Shown here piece by piece: positions 1 through 12,300 of a stretch of 64,000 bases of DNA. The stretch is taken from contig OX597827.1 of assembly GCA_951406725.2 (NCBI GenBank), positions 52,452,001-52,516,000 on the forward strand, given 5' to 3'. A program made the translations under genes and the position numbers. This DNA is from Octopus vulgaris. Its lineage: Eukaryota. The first letter of the stretch is position 1; every line of letters starts with the position of its first letter. Under the pieces are notes generated by a model. It was given only the letters and a program-made list of their open reading frames with translations, ran no database searches and was not told the DNA's origin.

Positions 1-526
1 TAAGCCACCAAAGGCGCGCTGTACGTCTAAATGGAGCAGAGGAACGGTGACGGTGGTCAATTCCAGAAACAATGTCTCCGTGGATGGAATTCTGCGACAC
101 GTCTTGGACCATCGCAGGATTGTCGCTTCGACGGACGACGATTGTGGAGAGGGGGAGAACGAGATGCCCAGCTTGAGAAGATCTCACGCACAAGGCGCCC
201 TCCTAGTTGGATGGTGGACTACGACATAGAGTAGAGAGAGTGTGATCTTTAAGATCAGGGTGGCGTGTGGGATGACGTCAGCAGCTGGGGAGTTGACTGG
301 AAGGGCAGGTGGGATGCGCGCGCAGCGAGCGGCGATTTCTGCCTTTTTTCAACTCAGGTCGTTGCGGGGTTAAGACGGGTGATCATGTTGTTAAGGTTGG
401 GTGAAGCAGCTGCTATCTCTAGCGTTCGGGTCGGGCTGTGTCGAAGTATCCGTTACCGCTGAAGGGTCTCCATCAGAGCGAAGAGAAGGTAGGTGCCTTT
501 ATTTTGAACCTCTTGCACACACCACA
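1..526 (+). mobile_element. 3' end of a Gypsy-like LTR retrotransposon: frameshifted integrase C-terminus, PPT and 3' LTR (266-526)
   Basis: The LRRS...RRPPSWMVDYD tail is typical of Gypsy pol ends. A purine-rich tract precedes TGTGG at 266, and the LTR closes with CCACA at 526 (TG...CA inverted termini). The sequence is CpG-rich, so relatively young. Confidence 0.6.
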
Positions 527-1370
527 GTTTATCTTTCACATCCTACAGTATGCCGTTATAATAACAAATTTTTATTGTTACAACTGCTGACTCCAACATT
601 TCATATTATTGTGTACCTCAAGAATATTACCCTTTACAATTGGTGACCCTCGACTTCAACTAAAAACTATTGTTGCACACACACAAACACACACATATAT
701 ATGTGCATTTGAATGTAGCAGGGAACAGCTAGCATTTGGCCACTATTTGGATCCCGTTGTGTCCACTACTCTGACTGGTTGGTATTGGGGCAATTTGTCT
801 CTTACTTAATTGCGCCAATTTGCCATGTATAACCATTCAGAGGCCCTAAATAGGATCACATGGGACAATCTTTTACTACCCTGTTTTTGAGCCTACAGTT
901 CCTTATAAAAACTCACCTTTTCCTCTTTCTGGCATCTTTGGTTCCAGATTTTTTAAGGTCTAGCCACTGACCACAAAGATACAGCTAGTTCCAGCGACAA
1001 TGCCAGACAACACCACCAGAGAAGCTATGTTGAGACTCACCAAATTCGTCCAACAGTATTATGGCAACCTTCATCTTCATTGCCATCATCATGTCCTTCT
1101 TAACGTCATCAACATCATCTCTCTACGTACACAGCTCAGCAAGCAATTCACCCAGGTTCCAACACTTCACTGTTTGTGAATTACTTCACCATGGATCAAC
1201 AGCAAATATACAACCTGCAAGAACTCCTGTATCAAGTGACCCAGGCAGCAGCATCACAATCTTGACTTCACGTACGACATGTACCTGTAACCGGCTCAGC
1301 ACCATGGCTGCGACCTCTTGATACAGTATTTCAACTGTGTAAAAACGACCATAAACTGGTATTATTCATC
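527..1370 (+). mobile_element. Older LTR element remnant: LTR end, PBS and decayed gag
   Basis: ...TTTACA followed by TGGTGACCC (PBS-like) at about 641; degenerate gag-like coding sequence follows. Confidence 0.4.
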
Positions 1371-1689
1371 TTTCTTGTGTCTATGAACTTCTCACTTCGA
1401 TGGCTGTAGACTCTTTCATTGCCATCCTTATATATTCTTAACATGCTCATACATCTATGCTTACACACACACATACTTTGTTCTCATGGCAGCCTGTCTA
1501 TTATTCTGTATACATGACACACACACAGATACACATGTTAACATATCAATAAATATTCTCATAATCATTCTCATGCAATTGTGTCTCCTTTTTCCATCTG
1601 GCAAATAAATGGTTCTATCAGTTTTCTCTTTTATTGTAATGGGCATGTGATGTAGTACTAAAGAGCCATTCTCTTCATCTCACATTGCC

Positions 1690-1990
1690 TGGTCCCTTAC
1701 ATCTTCTTTGGTGCACTGTGCTGAATTTTCCTGTGTTGGGGGTTGCTGTCACCACAAAAGTTGGTGTGGTAGTCTTCCAGTGCTCATCCTGAAGACGTGG
1801 CCAAACCACTATAGCCTGTGCTGCTGGTCTTGGTCTTTAATAGCGGATGTTGTTGTTTGAGATTCAGTTGCATAGATATCTTGTACAACATTGCCTGCTT
1901 CATTTTGCCTTATGGTCTCAGAATCAATGTGGACAAGATGAAAGTTCTAACAACAGATGTCTTGCCAGCCTGTGTGTCTTGATAGCATTC
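1690..1990 (-). mobile_element. RTE-clade LINE 3' relic
   Basis: Minus strand reads WFGHVFRM..RLPHQLL, the C-terminal RTE motif; a related copy lies at 47100-47340. Confidence 0.6.
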
Positions 1991-2399
1991 AGATGGAGAT
2001 TCTTTTCTTTAGTTATTGAAATGACTTCAGTACTCTGATAAAACTTAGCATGTAAACCTTTCTGTCCATATCATTGCTTTTAAACTCTGAGAACTTTTCT
2101 TTCCTTCTCCTAACATCTTTTTACATATTGCTCTTAGGTTATTGAGCTTTTCATTGTTATTTCATTCAAGTTGATCTAATATCTTAATATTATTATCCTA
2201 TTAAAATTAATATTATTATCCTATTAATTCTATCTTCTTGTCACACCAATCATCCTGCCATGTTCTCAACTTTATTTCCTCTCCATTCAACTCACTATTC
2301 TCTTCTCTCTGATAGTTTAACACTTCCTCTGTCAATCTTTCAATTACATTACCATTATCTTCACTGTTATCCTCTGCTGAGTTTTCTATTTAATAACCA

Positions 2400-3020
2400 A
2401 AATCAGTACTAGTTGAGTTCTGATGTTGATGTAATCAACTAGTCCCCTCCCACAAAATTGTGTCTATAGTAGAAAGGATTATCATTACTACCACTGCTGC
2501 TGCTACTACCACTAAGGCGATGAGCTGGCAAAAGTGTTAGCATGCTGGGCAAAATACTTAGCAGTATTTTGTCTGTCGTATTCTGAGTTCAAATTCTGCC
2601 AAGGTCAACTTTGCCTTTCATCCTTTTAGGGTCAATAAAATAAGTACCAGTTACGCACTGGGGTCGATATAATCAACTAGACCCCTCCCACAAAATTGTG
2701 TCTATAGTAGAAAGGATTATCATTACTACCACTGCTGCTACTACTACTACTTAGGCAATGAGCTGGCAAAAACGTTAGCATGCTGGGCAAAATGCTTAGC
2801 AGTATTTTGTCTGTCATATTCTGAGTTCAAACTCTGTCAAGGTCAACTTTGCCTTTTATCCTTTTAGGGTCAATAAAATAAGTACCAGTTGAGTCCTGGG
2901 GTTGATGTAATCGACTTACCACTTCCCTGAAATTGCTGGCCTTGTGCCAAAATTTGAGCTCGTTATTATTATTAGTAAGGCAGTGAGCTGGCAGAATTAT
3001 TTCAGTGCCAGACAAAATTG
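2400..3020 (+). repeat. Head-to-tail tandem array of tRNA-derived SINE (family A)
   Basis: Unit of about 238 bp (GGCGATGAGCTGGCA...CTTTCATCCTTTTAGGGTCAATAAAATAAGTACCAG...CCCTCCCACAAAATTGTGTCTATAG) with starts at about 2516, 2753 and 2978. Confidence 0.8.
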
Positions 3021-3177
3021 TAAATTGGCAGATCTCAAAATGTCTTTGTTTTTGTATTTGGTTTGCAAGATTCTTTATGTGAATTCATGCATTCAAACAA
3101 ATTTTGTGTATTGGCAGAGTCATTATCCCAATACTAGTAACACATGTACTAGTTCAATTCTACTCCTATATTATTAA

Positions 3178-3410
3178 TCATCATCATCATCATTTAGCGT
3201 CCGCTTTCCATGCTAGCATGGGTTGGACTGTTCAACTGAGGTCTGGGAGGCCAGAAGGCTGCACCAGGCCCAGTCTGATCTGGCAATGTTTCTACGGCTG
3301 GATGCCCTTCCTAACGCCAACCACTCTGTGAGTGTAGTGGGTGCTGGCAAATGGCCACGGTTGGATGGTGCTTTTTACGTGACACCAGCACGGGGCCAGC
3401 AACTGGTTAA
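3178..3410 (-). mobile_element. SINE family C ((GAT)n-tailed, GGAAGGGCATCCAGC motif); other copies at about 8075-8375, 14184, 18380, 35995, 39860, 40493, 48070, 49516, 53814, 54266, 59948, 61960
   Basis: The recurrent motif (CAT)n-TTTAACGTCCGxTTTCCATGCTAGCATGGGTTGGA...GGATGCCCTTCCTAACGCCAACCAC occurs in more than 10 places. Confidence 0.85.
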
Positions 3411-3605
3411 ATATCTATCCAACTAACTAATCGATCATTTGGTCAACTTGTTGGTTAAAAGTTTTTTGTTTTTTTTTTGATGTTCGTCAAAGCTCTTTCG
3501 TTGCCATTCACAACCTTTTCTACTTTGCTACAGAGGCCATGTTTACCTGTCTGAAATATTGTTGCTTGAAAGCAACCTGAAAAAGGATGCAAATTGTGAT
3601 GAAAG

Positions 3606-3636
<31 letters not shown>

Positions 3637-3829
3637 TCGTGAGCTGAAACTAGATAAAATAAAATTTTTTTAAAAAATCGACTTTAACCAATTGACTAAT
3701 AATAGAGTGGAATTGAACTGGTGTGTATATTAATATTGGCATAGGTTTCCCCTAGACACATCAATATATATCGTTCTCAGAAAACTATCTTTAGTGCATG
3801 CCTCATCACTTCTTTTTTAAGTATTTCAC

Positions 3830-4720
3830 AATGTCAGCATAACTTCCAGTGTAAGTCCCACCTGTCATGGTTCTGAATATATTTTCTTTGCTAAGACTCG
3901 ACAGCCAGAGACAATGTGGTTATTTATTTCTTCCCTGTCACCACATATCCTATAGTTACTGCCTCATAGTAAGTCTTTAGTGGCGAGGCTTTGATCCTGT
4001 GCTACAATAATAAAACCCTTCGGTTTCAGCTTTGAATCTTGTACTTCTCAGCCAGTGTTGAGACTTTTCCTTGTCTACTTCCACTCTATTCCATTTTTTC
4101 AGGTATTGGCTATAGAGGGGCTTTTCTTGCCATTACTTTATCATAGCATTCTGTAGCCCCCATTTTTAGCTTAGATGTTTATCTTTTCACAATTTGTGTT
4201 GTTTCCCCTTTTCTTCATAACTGTCACTTTAGACCCTGTTTTGCATTTGTTGGCTTCTTTGAATAGAAAAGTTATTTTGTTCATGTTTTGTAACTACTTG
4301 ATATTAATTTTCCAAGATTCTTGCCTGGATACTTTTGTTGTCCTACAATGAATATTCTTTAATAGTTTTCTGATAGTGGTAAATATAGTCTGTCAGATTT
4401 TCGATGGTTTATTCTAGATCTCATTGTTTTTACTTTTTCTGTCTAGACTTGCTAGTTTGTTTAGCACCCAATTGAGAATATAATAACTGTAACAATTACT
4501 GGGTCAGCTGAAATATTCATGCCTATTACCTTTTGTGCATTTGTTTTAAGTATTAATCTGAGCCTATAATATTCCTTCCTAATCTTTTCTTTAATTTGTG
4601 TGAGTTATATATTGATTCTTTAGTATTTGTATTTGGTCTAATTCTCTTCATTTAACATGATTTTTGTGTACTTATTTAATTTTCTCCCCTTCAAAGTTAC
4701 CTCAGTGCATTTCTGTAACA
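3830..4720 (-). mobile_element. Decayed R4/Dong-like (restriction-like endonuclease) non-LTR retrotransposon, RT thumb to CCHC region
   Basis: Minus strand gives, across frameshifts, ETEGF..AQDQSLATK and RICGDREEINNHIVSGC (zinc-knuckle region) followed by HWKLC. Confidence 0.65.
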
Positions 4721-5533
4721 GGAATCTCATAAAAATTTCCCTGGTAAATCTATGTAATTGAGGCCAGCCATATGCAAAAGATGGTTGATTGTCTAACCAT
4801 AACTTTTGTATACAAGTCCAATCCTGTTTAACATGTCAGTGCCAAACAGAAAAGGAGCAGAGAAAGGGAGTCCAATTGGAATAGTTCTTTTCTATGGGTT
4901 TCATTTTTATAATTCTGTCTTTTTGCCTGTATTTGCAAAATTATTTGCTGTTTGCTATTTTATATATCCTCTTATTATTGGTGTTAGGTTCCTTAAAACT
5001 GGAAATTTGAAACCTCTCACATGTGATGTCTGTGCAGGCAAGCTATCAAATGCCAAAATTTTAGGATATCTTCAGTAGCAAAAGCATGCCATTGAGAATT
5101 CAGTGCAGATTGGCAGGACATGTTCAAATGCAAGAATGCAAGGGATTCTACAGTAAAGACTTGTCCTTGGGTATAAGGATAAGTTGAAACAATCACTAAA
5201 ATCCCTACACCTTAATTTAACATCTTGGGCAAGTTATTGCATAGATCAATCTGAGTGGCATAAAATGTGTCATGATGCATCTAAACAATCTGAATTGAAT
5301 AAACAGAACAATAAAATAATTATATCCTGCAATCAATAGATGCATTTGTTCAATCTCAGGCAAAATCAAAATCATTATTGTCCCCATTGACTTCATAGTA
5401 AAATCTATACCTGGACTCAAATTACATTCATGCATCCATCACAAATAGATGTTGTTTCTTTTATTTTTAACCCTTTTTCTTTTTTTAAATATTTTCCTTC
5501 AAACACCCATCCATCAAAATCAACTAGAGTGAC

Positions 5534-5566
<33 letters not shown>

Positions 5567-6027
5567 GATTATTATAGAATGAGCATATGTGGCAAGCACA
5601 GCTCCATGGTGAATTTGGATTTATTTCATTGTACTTAATAAATAAAAAAGTTTTTATTTTGTTATTACCTTGCAAATAGAAAACTTTGGAATAGTTTGGT
5701 GCCTGCTCTGTTTATCTTGGGATTGAAAGTTATGTTCTGTTCTTCAACATTTTATAAACATTAATTTATTAGTTATTCAGGATGGCTTCTCCTTCCCAGG
5801 TAGCCACAAGTATGGTAGCACAGATAAACCCCCAAGGAAAAAAAAGATTGCAGAAGTATTAACATAAGACAAATGAAAAAAAAATAAACAGTATCAAACA
5901 AGAAGACAACTAACAGTCAAACGTTAAAAAAGTTTCTATTTATGTAAAAATAAAATCTTTCTAACATTCTTCCATCCAGTTATGTTTATTGATGTTATGC
6001 ATTGGACATAATGATGATGATGATAAT

Positions 6028-6078
6028 TGAATCATTGTGATTCTATTGAATCATTGTGATTCTATTGAATCATTGTGT
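6028..6078. repeat. 19-bp tandem repeat in the presumptive COX15 3' UTR
   Basis: TGAATCATTGTGATTCTAT about 2.6 times. Confidence 0.85.
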
Positions 6079-6185
6079 CATCAAAACACAGATTTAATAA
6101 GAACATTTTGATAGTCTGAGGATTGTGAATTTAACACCAAAAAAATATCAATACAACAAAAAAAATTAAATTTTACAGGTATTAT

Positions 6186-6317
6186 TTATTTTGGAAGCCT
6201 TCGTAACTCATGGGACAGCCATGTTGCAAAGGAGAGTAGAACCAGTGATCCAGATTGATGAGTAGCAGCTAATGGTGTTTCTACATAAGTCAGCAGGGTT
6301 CCGATACCCAGTCCAAT
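6186..6317 (-). CDS. COX15: COX15 coding exon 9 (terminal)
   Basis: ttacag|[43 protein letters not shown]; 132 nt. Confidence 0.96.
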   Translation of the reverse strand: MGLGIGTLLTYVETPLAATHQSGSLVLLSFATWLSHELRRLPK

Positions 6318-9300
6318 CTGTAAACAAGAAACAATATAATAATAATAACAATAATGTGAATAACGGTGGTAATAAAATTGAAGCCCTTGATGGTGATGGT
6401 GTTGCACCCAGCAGGCTCAGAAATACTGGTCTAGCTCCTGTCTGTCGTTACCCAGCAATGGACCAACACACACGGTGTAGATGGAACAGACAAGCCAATG
6501 CTGTGGTCATGGAGTGTTACAACCTGAACAACCTTGTAGACGAGACGAAAATGGTGCTCATATTAGGGGATACTGTCAATGTATGTATGACCAATGGAGA
6601 GAAAGAGGATTGTTACAACTCACAGAACAGAGATTATGTGATCGAGCTAGAGAAATAAGAAAAAAATTGTTGGTTCACAGAAGTAGAGCTCGAAGCTATC
6701 AAAAGATGGGTATTGGAAAACAGCAGCAGAGGAAACGATGAAAATACAGTTCTTACTGATAAAAGTAATCTCATAGCAGAAAACAGAGGTTAAATCTTTA
6801 ATCCATAGGAAAGGAACAGTGATAGCTTGCTCGATGAGAGACATATAGGTGATCTGGAAGACGACAATAAAACTAAAGGCGGCGAGCTGGCAGAATCGTT
6901 AGCAGGCCTGTCGAAATGCGTAGCTGTATTTCATCTGCCGTTACGTTCTGAGATCAAATTCCGACGAGGTTGACTTTGCCTTTCATCCTTTCGGGGTCGA
7001 TAAATTAAGTACCAGTTACGCACTGGGGTCGATATGATCGACTTAATCCGTTTGTCCGTCCTTGTTTGTCCCCTCTGTGTTTAGCCCCTTGTGGGTAGTA
7101 AAGAAATAAATAAAACTAAGAAAGAACAGTTGAGGAAAGAAGGTTGAGAGGAGATAGTGATGGATGGCAGAGAATGAGCATCACAAGTGGTGAGAAGATG
7201 TACACAGGTAGAATGATGAGGATGGACCAATAACCTTCCATACATTTATGCAGGTGTGTGTGTGTGTGTATAAAAAATAAAACAAAAGTAAAATAAATGT
7301 TGAGAACTGACCTGAACAAAAGCCATGGCAAGAAGGCAGTTGACTGCAGTTCGGGCTCGAGGTGATAATGGTGCTTTACGACAAACGAGCCATAGTGTAA
7401 CAATGGCAGCAGCTGTACTCTGACCCTGTTTTTACAAGAATTATATAGAAATATATATGTGCATGTGTGTAATACAGTATAGATCATATATTGTTAAATG
7501 ATTTATCAAATTGTTTCACAAGCAAAGCTATATATATATATATATATCTCATGAAAATAGGAACTGCATGTTTAGTTCTCATGCATACCAATATCCATTT
7601 TTTCTGCCGAGGGTTTATATGCCCCAATATTAGACTATTTTCAATATTAGACTATTTTCAATACATGGCGAATACTTATAATTATCATTTACAGAATTTT
7701 CACTCACCACCATTTCTTAATTTAAAACACACACACACAAATACACAGATATACCACACATTACGGCTATCTCAGGCAATAGGATTTTGCACTTACAGAA
7801 ATTTTAAAGTGTAACTACTAATTTCAGGTTACGTTCTGTAATTTTGCCGTCATGGAAACTTGGATAAATTTTAAGAATTTAAAAACTACAACTTCCTTCT
7901 TTGGTAAAAGGCCACTTCATCTTTTAGGTAAAGCCAAAATAATTAATAATTTGAAAAACCATAATCAGAATTACATACATATATGTATGTGTATATAAGT
8001 GTTTGTGCATGTGTATTTGTGTTTATTTTCTTGGGTAACAATGAGTTATCTGCCAATATCAGTCTCTCTATATTGTCATCATCATTTAATGTCTGCTTTT
8101 CCATGTTTGTCTGGGTCAGAGAGATTTTCTACAGTCAGATGCCCTTCTTGTTGCCAGCCTACATTTGCTTCCAAGCAAGGTAGTATTTCCCCATGGAAGA
8201 CTGGAAATCAACATTGATGCACACAGATACAGATATACACACACATGTATCATGGCCAGTGCTAGTGACATGTAAAAGGCATCCACCACACTCTTGGATT
8301 GGTTGGTGTTAGGAAGGTCATCCAGCTGTAGAAACTAACAAACCAGACTGGAAGAGTTTGGTAAATGATGATGATATAGTTATGGTATATTCAGTTAAGA
8401 ATGTAATAGAGTACAGTATAAAACTCATCCACCTTCAGATTTCACCCTGTGCTATCCAGTAGTAGTATTATACATACTTCCAGGTTTGTGTTTAGACTTC
8501 AATCATGTGTGAATAATTGAAAAAATATGAGTCAACAAGGAGTACAGTTGGACATTATTTTCAACCACTACATTTGTTTCTATGTAATGTAGTTCACCAG
8601 GTGCACAGGTACTTGATTATGCAACTGTTTCCTTGTATTTTGAGATCTAGTTGTGTTTCCTTAGGCGATATGTAAATATTTTCTCTGTAAGTTCAAATTC
8701 TCAGCCACTGACAGCGACTACTACTAACTTCAGGCTGTGACAGACAGAGAGGATGCTCTTGAAGCTGAGAATTTGAACTTAAAGAGATGATATTTGCATA
8801 CTGCCTGAGGAAACAACTAGATCTTATAATGCAGGGAAACAGTTGCATAATCAAATAACTACATGCCTGGAGAACTATAGAAACAATTGTAGAAGATTGA
8901 AAATAAATGTCCAGCCGTGTGTGTGTGTGTCTATGTACAAAATATGGGGGTTTAGTTCACAGGTGATCTAAATGGCTAGGTATGCTGGGTAAGCACTGTA
9001 ATGGATTACCAGGGCTTTAAGCTCATAGTCAAGATGGGAGTTATGGAACCACTGTAGATTTCCAATATAGTCTTCATAGTGTAAATATCCAGAGAGAAAC
9101 ACAATCATATTGATGGTTTGTAAGAGAATGATAGCAGAAGTGGCTATTGAGGGATAAAGAGAAAGAAAAATAAATAGAAAGAAAGGCATTGGCAGGGACG
9201 CTGGAGGTACAATCCTTGTCAATGTCTCTTTATCCCTCAATAGCCACTTCTGCTACCATTCTCTTACAAACCATCAATATGATTGTGTTTCTCTTTGGAT

Positions 9301-12300
9301 ATTTACACTATGAAGGCTGTAATCATACCTGGATTTACATAGGATTGTACCTAAAGACTATGGACTAGCATCTACAGTTGAACTGTGAACTTTCATGCTT
9401 TTTTTTTTTTTCCTTCATTTCTTTATTTCTCCAATCCTATATTTCATAGTTTTATTAACCTATACCCTTCACATTTTCCTTATTTGTCTCCGATGACAGA
9501 ATATCCCAGAAACAGCTGTAAGACTTAAAATTTTTCTAATAATAATAACATATATGACTTGAGATGTTTGTCTTTTATTGTCCTCTTTAACAAATATATA
9601 TACATATATACACAATGGATTTTTTTCTATTTCTGTCAACAAAATCCACTCGCAAGGTTTTGGTCTGCCAGAAATTATAGAAGACTAGCAGTATCGCCCG
9701 GCGTTGCTCGGGTTTGTAAGGGAAATAACTATATAAGCATTTTTAGAGAGTTATAGCCAAAAAATAGCAAAAAAATGCATTAAAAATTGAAAAAAAATTA
9801 AGGTAATTTTTTTTTTAAATCGTTGACACATCGTAGATATTTTTAGAGAGTTACTTCCCTTATATAATAACGAAAAATATGCATTAAAATGGAAAAATAT
9901 GATGGTAAATTTTTTTTAAATCGTAGACTCATCGTAGACGCGCGCTAATACCCAGAAGGGCTCGATATGAATCACGACTATAAGATACCCGCTTTTGGTT
10001 AAACTACACCGCAAAATGTGGGAGTAGTTACGAATCTAAATCGTAGGAGACAGACACACAACTTCACTCTTATATATAAAGATATAAGCCACGTAGTTAT
10101 ATACACATACTTTGTTATATACACATTCTTAAAAGAAAATGTTATTTTGAACACAACATTTACAAAGAATAAAATATTTTTTGGTTTTTCTTAACCCTTT
10201 CGTTACTATATTTCTGACCAAAATACACCCCTTATGTGTTTCAATTAATTTCTAACGTAATCATAAATTTAGTCTGGTTTCATTAAACAACTATAACTTT
10301 TTTATTTATGAATACATTAATCTGATTTTTGGAAGATAATTTAGTGAAATGTTCTCAACCAATTCTATACTATAATTTTTGTCACAAAGTGACTCTAATT
10401 GCAGGTAGATACAGGTAAATTCAACAATATATAAAATTATTAAAATTTTGTTCAAACATCGCTATAGAAAATGGGTTATTAGCTAATATTCAATTGGGTA
10501 TACAACAAAATTTTACGATAGAATTTGTTATTCTGGGTAACTTTCTAATACCCATAATAATATTTATGGCAAAATAGGCCTTAATTTCATTTAAGGTTGC
10601 GGGAAATAACAAACTATCGTTTCTTTCGCTTTGTTTAGGTTTAGATCAAATACCACATGCTTTTTTTTTTCAGTCATAGAGTTAGATTTATGAAGGTCTT
10701 CAGTAGAAAATCCTTCGAATTCTGACTCGCTGCTTGATATAATGAAATTCGTATCCATTTTTTGTCAGAATTACAAATTTTGAAAACACAATAGGAACAA
10801 ATTTCGGAAAAAAATCTCCCATAATTCACGGAATTAAAATTACACTTCGATTTTTGTACAAAACTGTAGTTGAACTGTTTACGAAGTTCTAAAGAGATTT
10901 ACTCTGATATTCTCATTTAAATATGAATAGGTAAATTCGGGTGGCTTGGTCACATTAACCAAAATTTTTTTCGGGCGGTTTGGTGCAATTATATATACAT
11001 ATATCTATATATAATATTATATAATAAAATATATACAGAGTAAAATAAAAACCAATTTACCTTTTCTGTATTGTTATTCGACCATCCGTGTGTCTTTGCA
11101 AATGTGTTGGAATGATAAGTGAGTTGTGTTTTGGCGCCTTTTTTTACTAATAACAAACACACACGTGTTTGTATGTAGTTGTTTGAAACGTTTGTGTTTG
11201 CCACTCTCATATATGTATGTGTATGCGTGTGTGTGAGGAATGACACACTCACGCATGCACACATGTACATCAATGCTTTTATGAGCGTCATAGAGAGAAA
11301 CAAATATTACATCGCCATCGCCATCGCATTCTATTTTCTACCTGTCAACACACAGTGAATTAGTTTCAGTTTATTCATTGCACACTGTGTGTGTGCGTTT
11401 GCGTGTGCTGTAAACCAGACTAAGAAAAGCATTTGACACACACACCAGAATGTGAGTTTTCTGTAAATTTTGCTTAATTGGAGTTTAAATTTTAAAAACT
11501 GGACCTGGCATGACGCGATGCATTGTACTCTTAAAAATGCTAGGTAAATTGTAATTGAAGAAATCCTATATTGTAGATTTGTATAACTCCCAAAGGGAGG
11601 CAGATAAAATCTGCCTTTTATAATAAGAGATACTTGTAAATATTCAAACTGAACATTAAGCATTATCATATGAAAGCACCTTACCTTTCCTCCTACAAAG
11701 AAAGTGAAATAAACCCCAGTAATATACAATATACAAACTAAAAAATGAACTTACCAGCCATCGATGGTTGAACTGAACTGTGGTTGGGTTTTCAAAAACA
11801 TTTTTCCACTTTGGTGAGAAAGCAGCAATGTCAGAAGGTATCCATCTATCAGCCATCTTTGGCCAAGAGTTGTAGACAAGACCAGCATCAAGACCAGCAA
11901 CAAATGCTCCTGATAACAATAAAAAATGACAAAATGGGGAGAATATTATAACTCAACAAAAACTTCTATCTTCTAAGTTCATATGATACAGCCAGGTTAA
12001 TTTTTTATAAATAATTAAGACCCACAGGCTAGTGTTAAACTCTGGTATCTGCATTGAAGTTCAAACTTGGAAGTTAGGTAAGATCCTTGAAATGGAGTGT
12101 GATCACTTCAGGATCACTGTAAGCATAACTGTGAGAATAATACAAGTGATGCAATGGAGTCAACATGCTTACTCAGAGTGACAACACTTGAGTTCTGAGA
12201 GATTAGGAACAGTGAGAATGGGTAAATGAGTTAATCATAGGAGTTAGTCATAGGTGACACAGCAAGAAACCAATTGCTACTGTTTGGGTGTTGTGCCTGA

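Noticed and set aside
6878-6965. tRNA gene (A/B boxes, acceptor-like stem)
   Set aside because: It is the head of a multi-copy SINE with body, tail and TSD, not a canonical cloverleaf.
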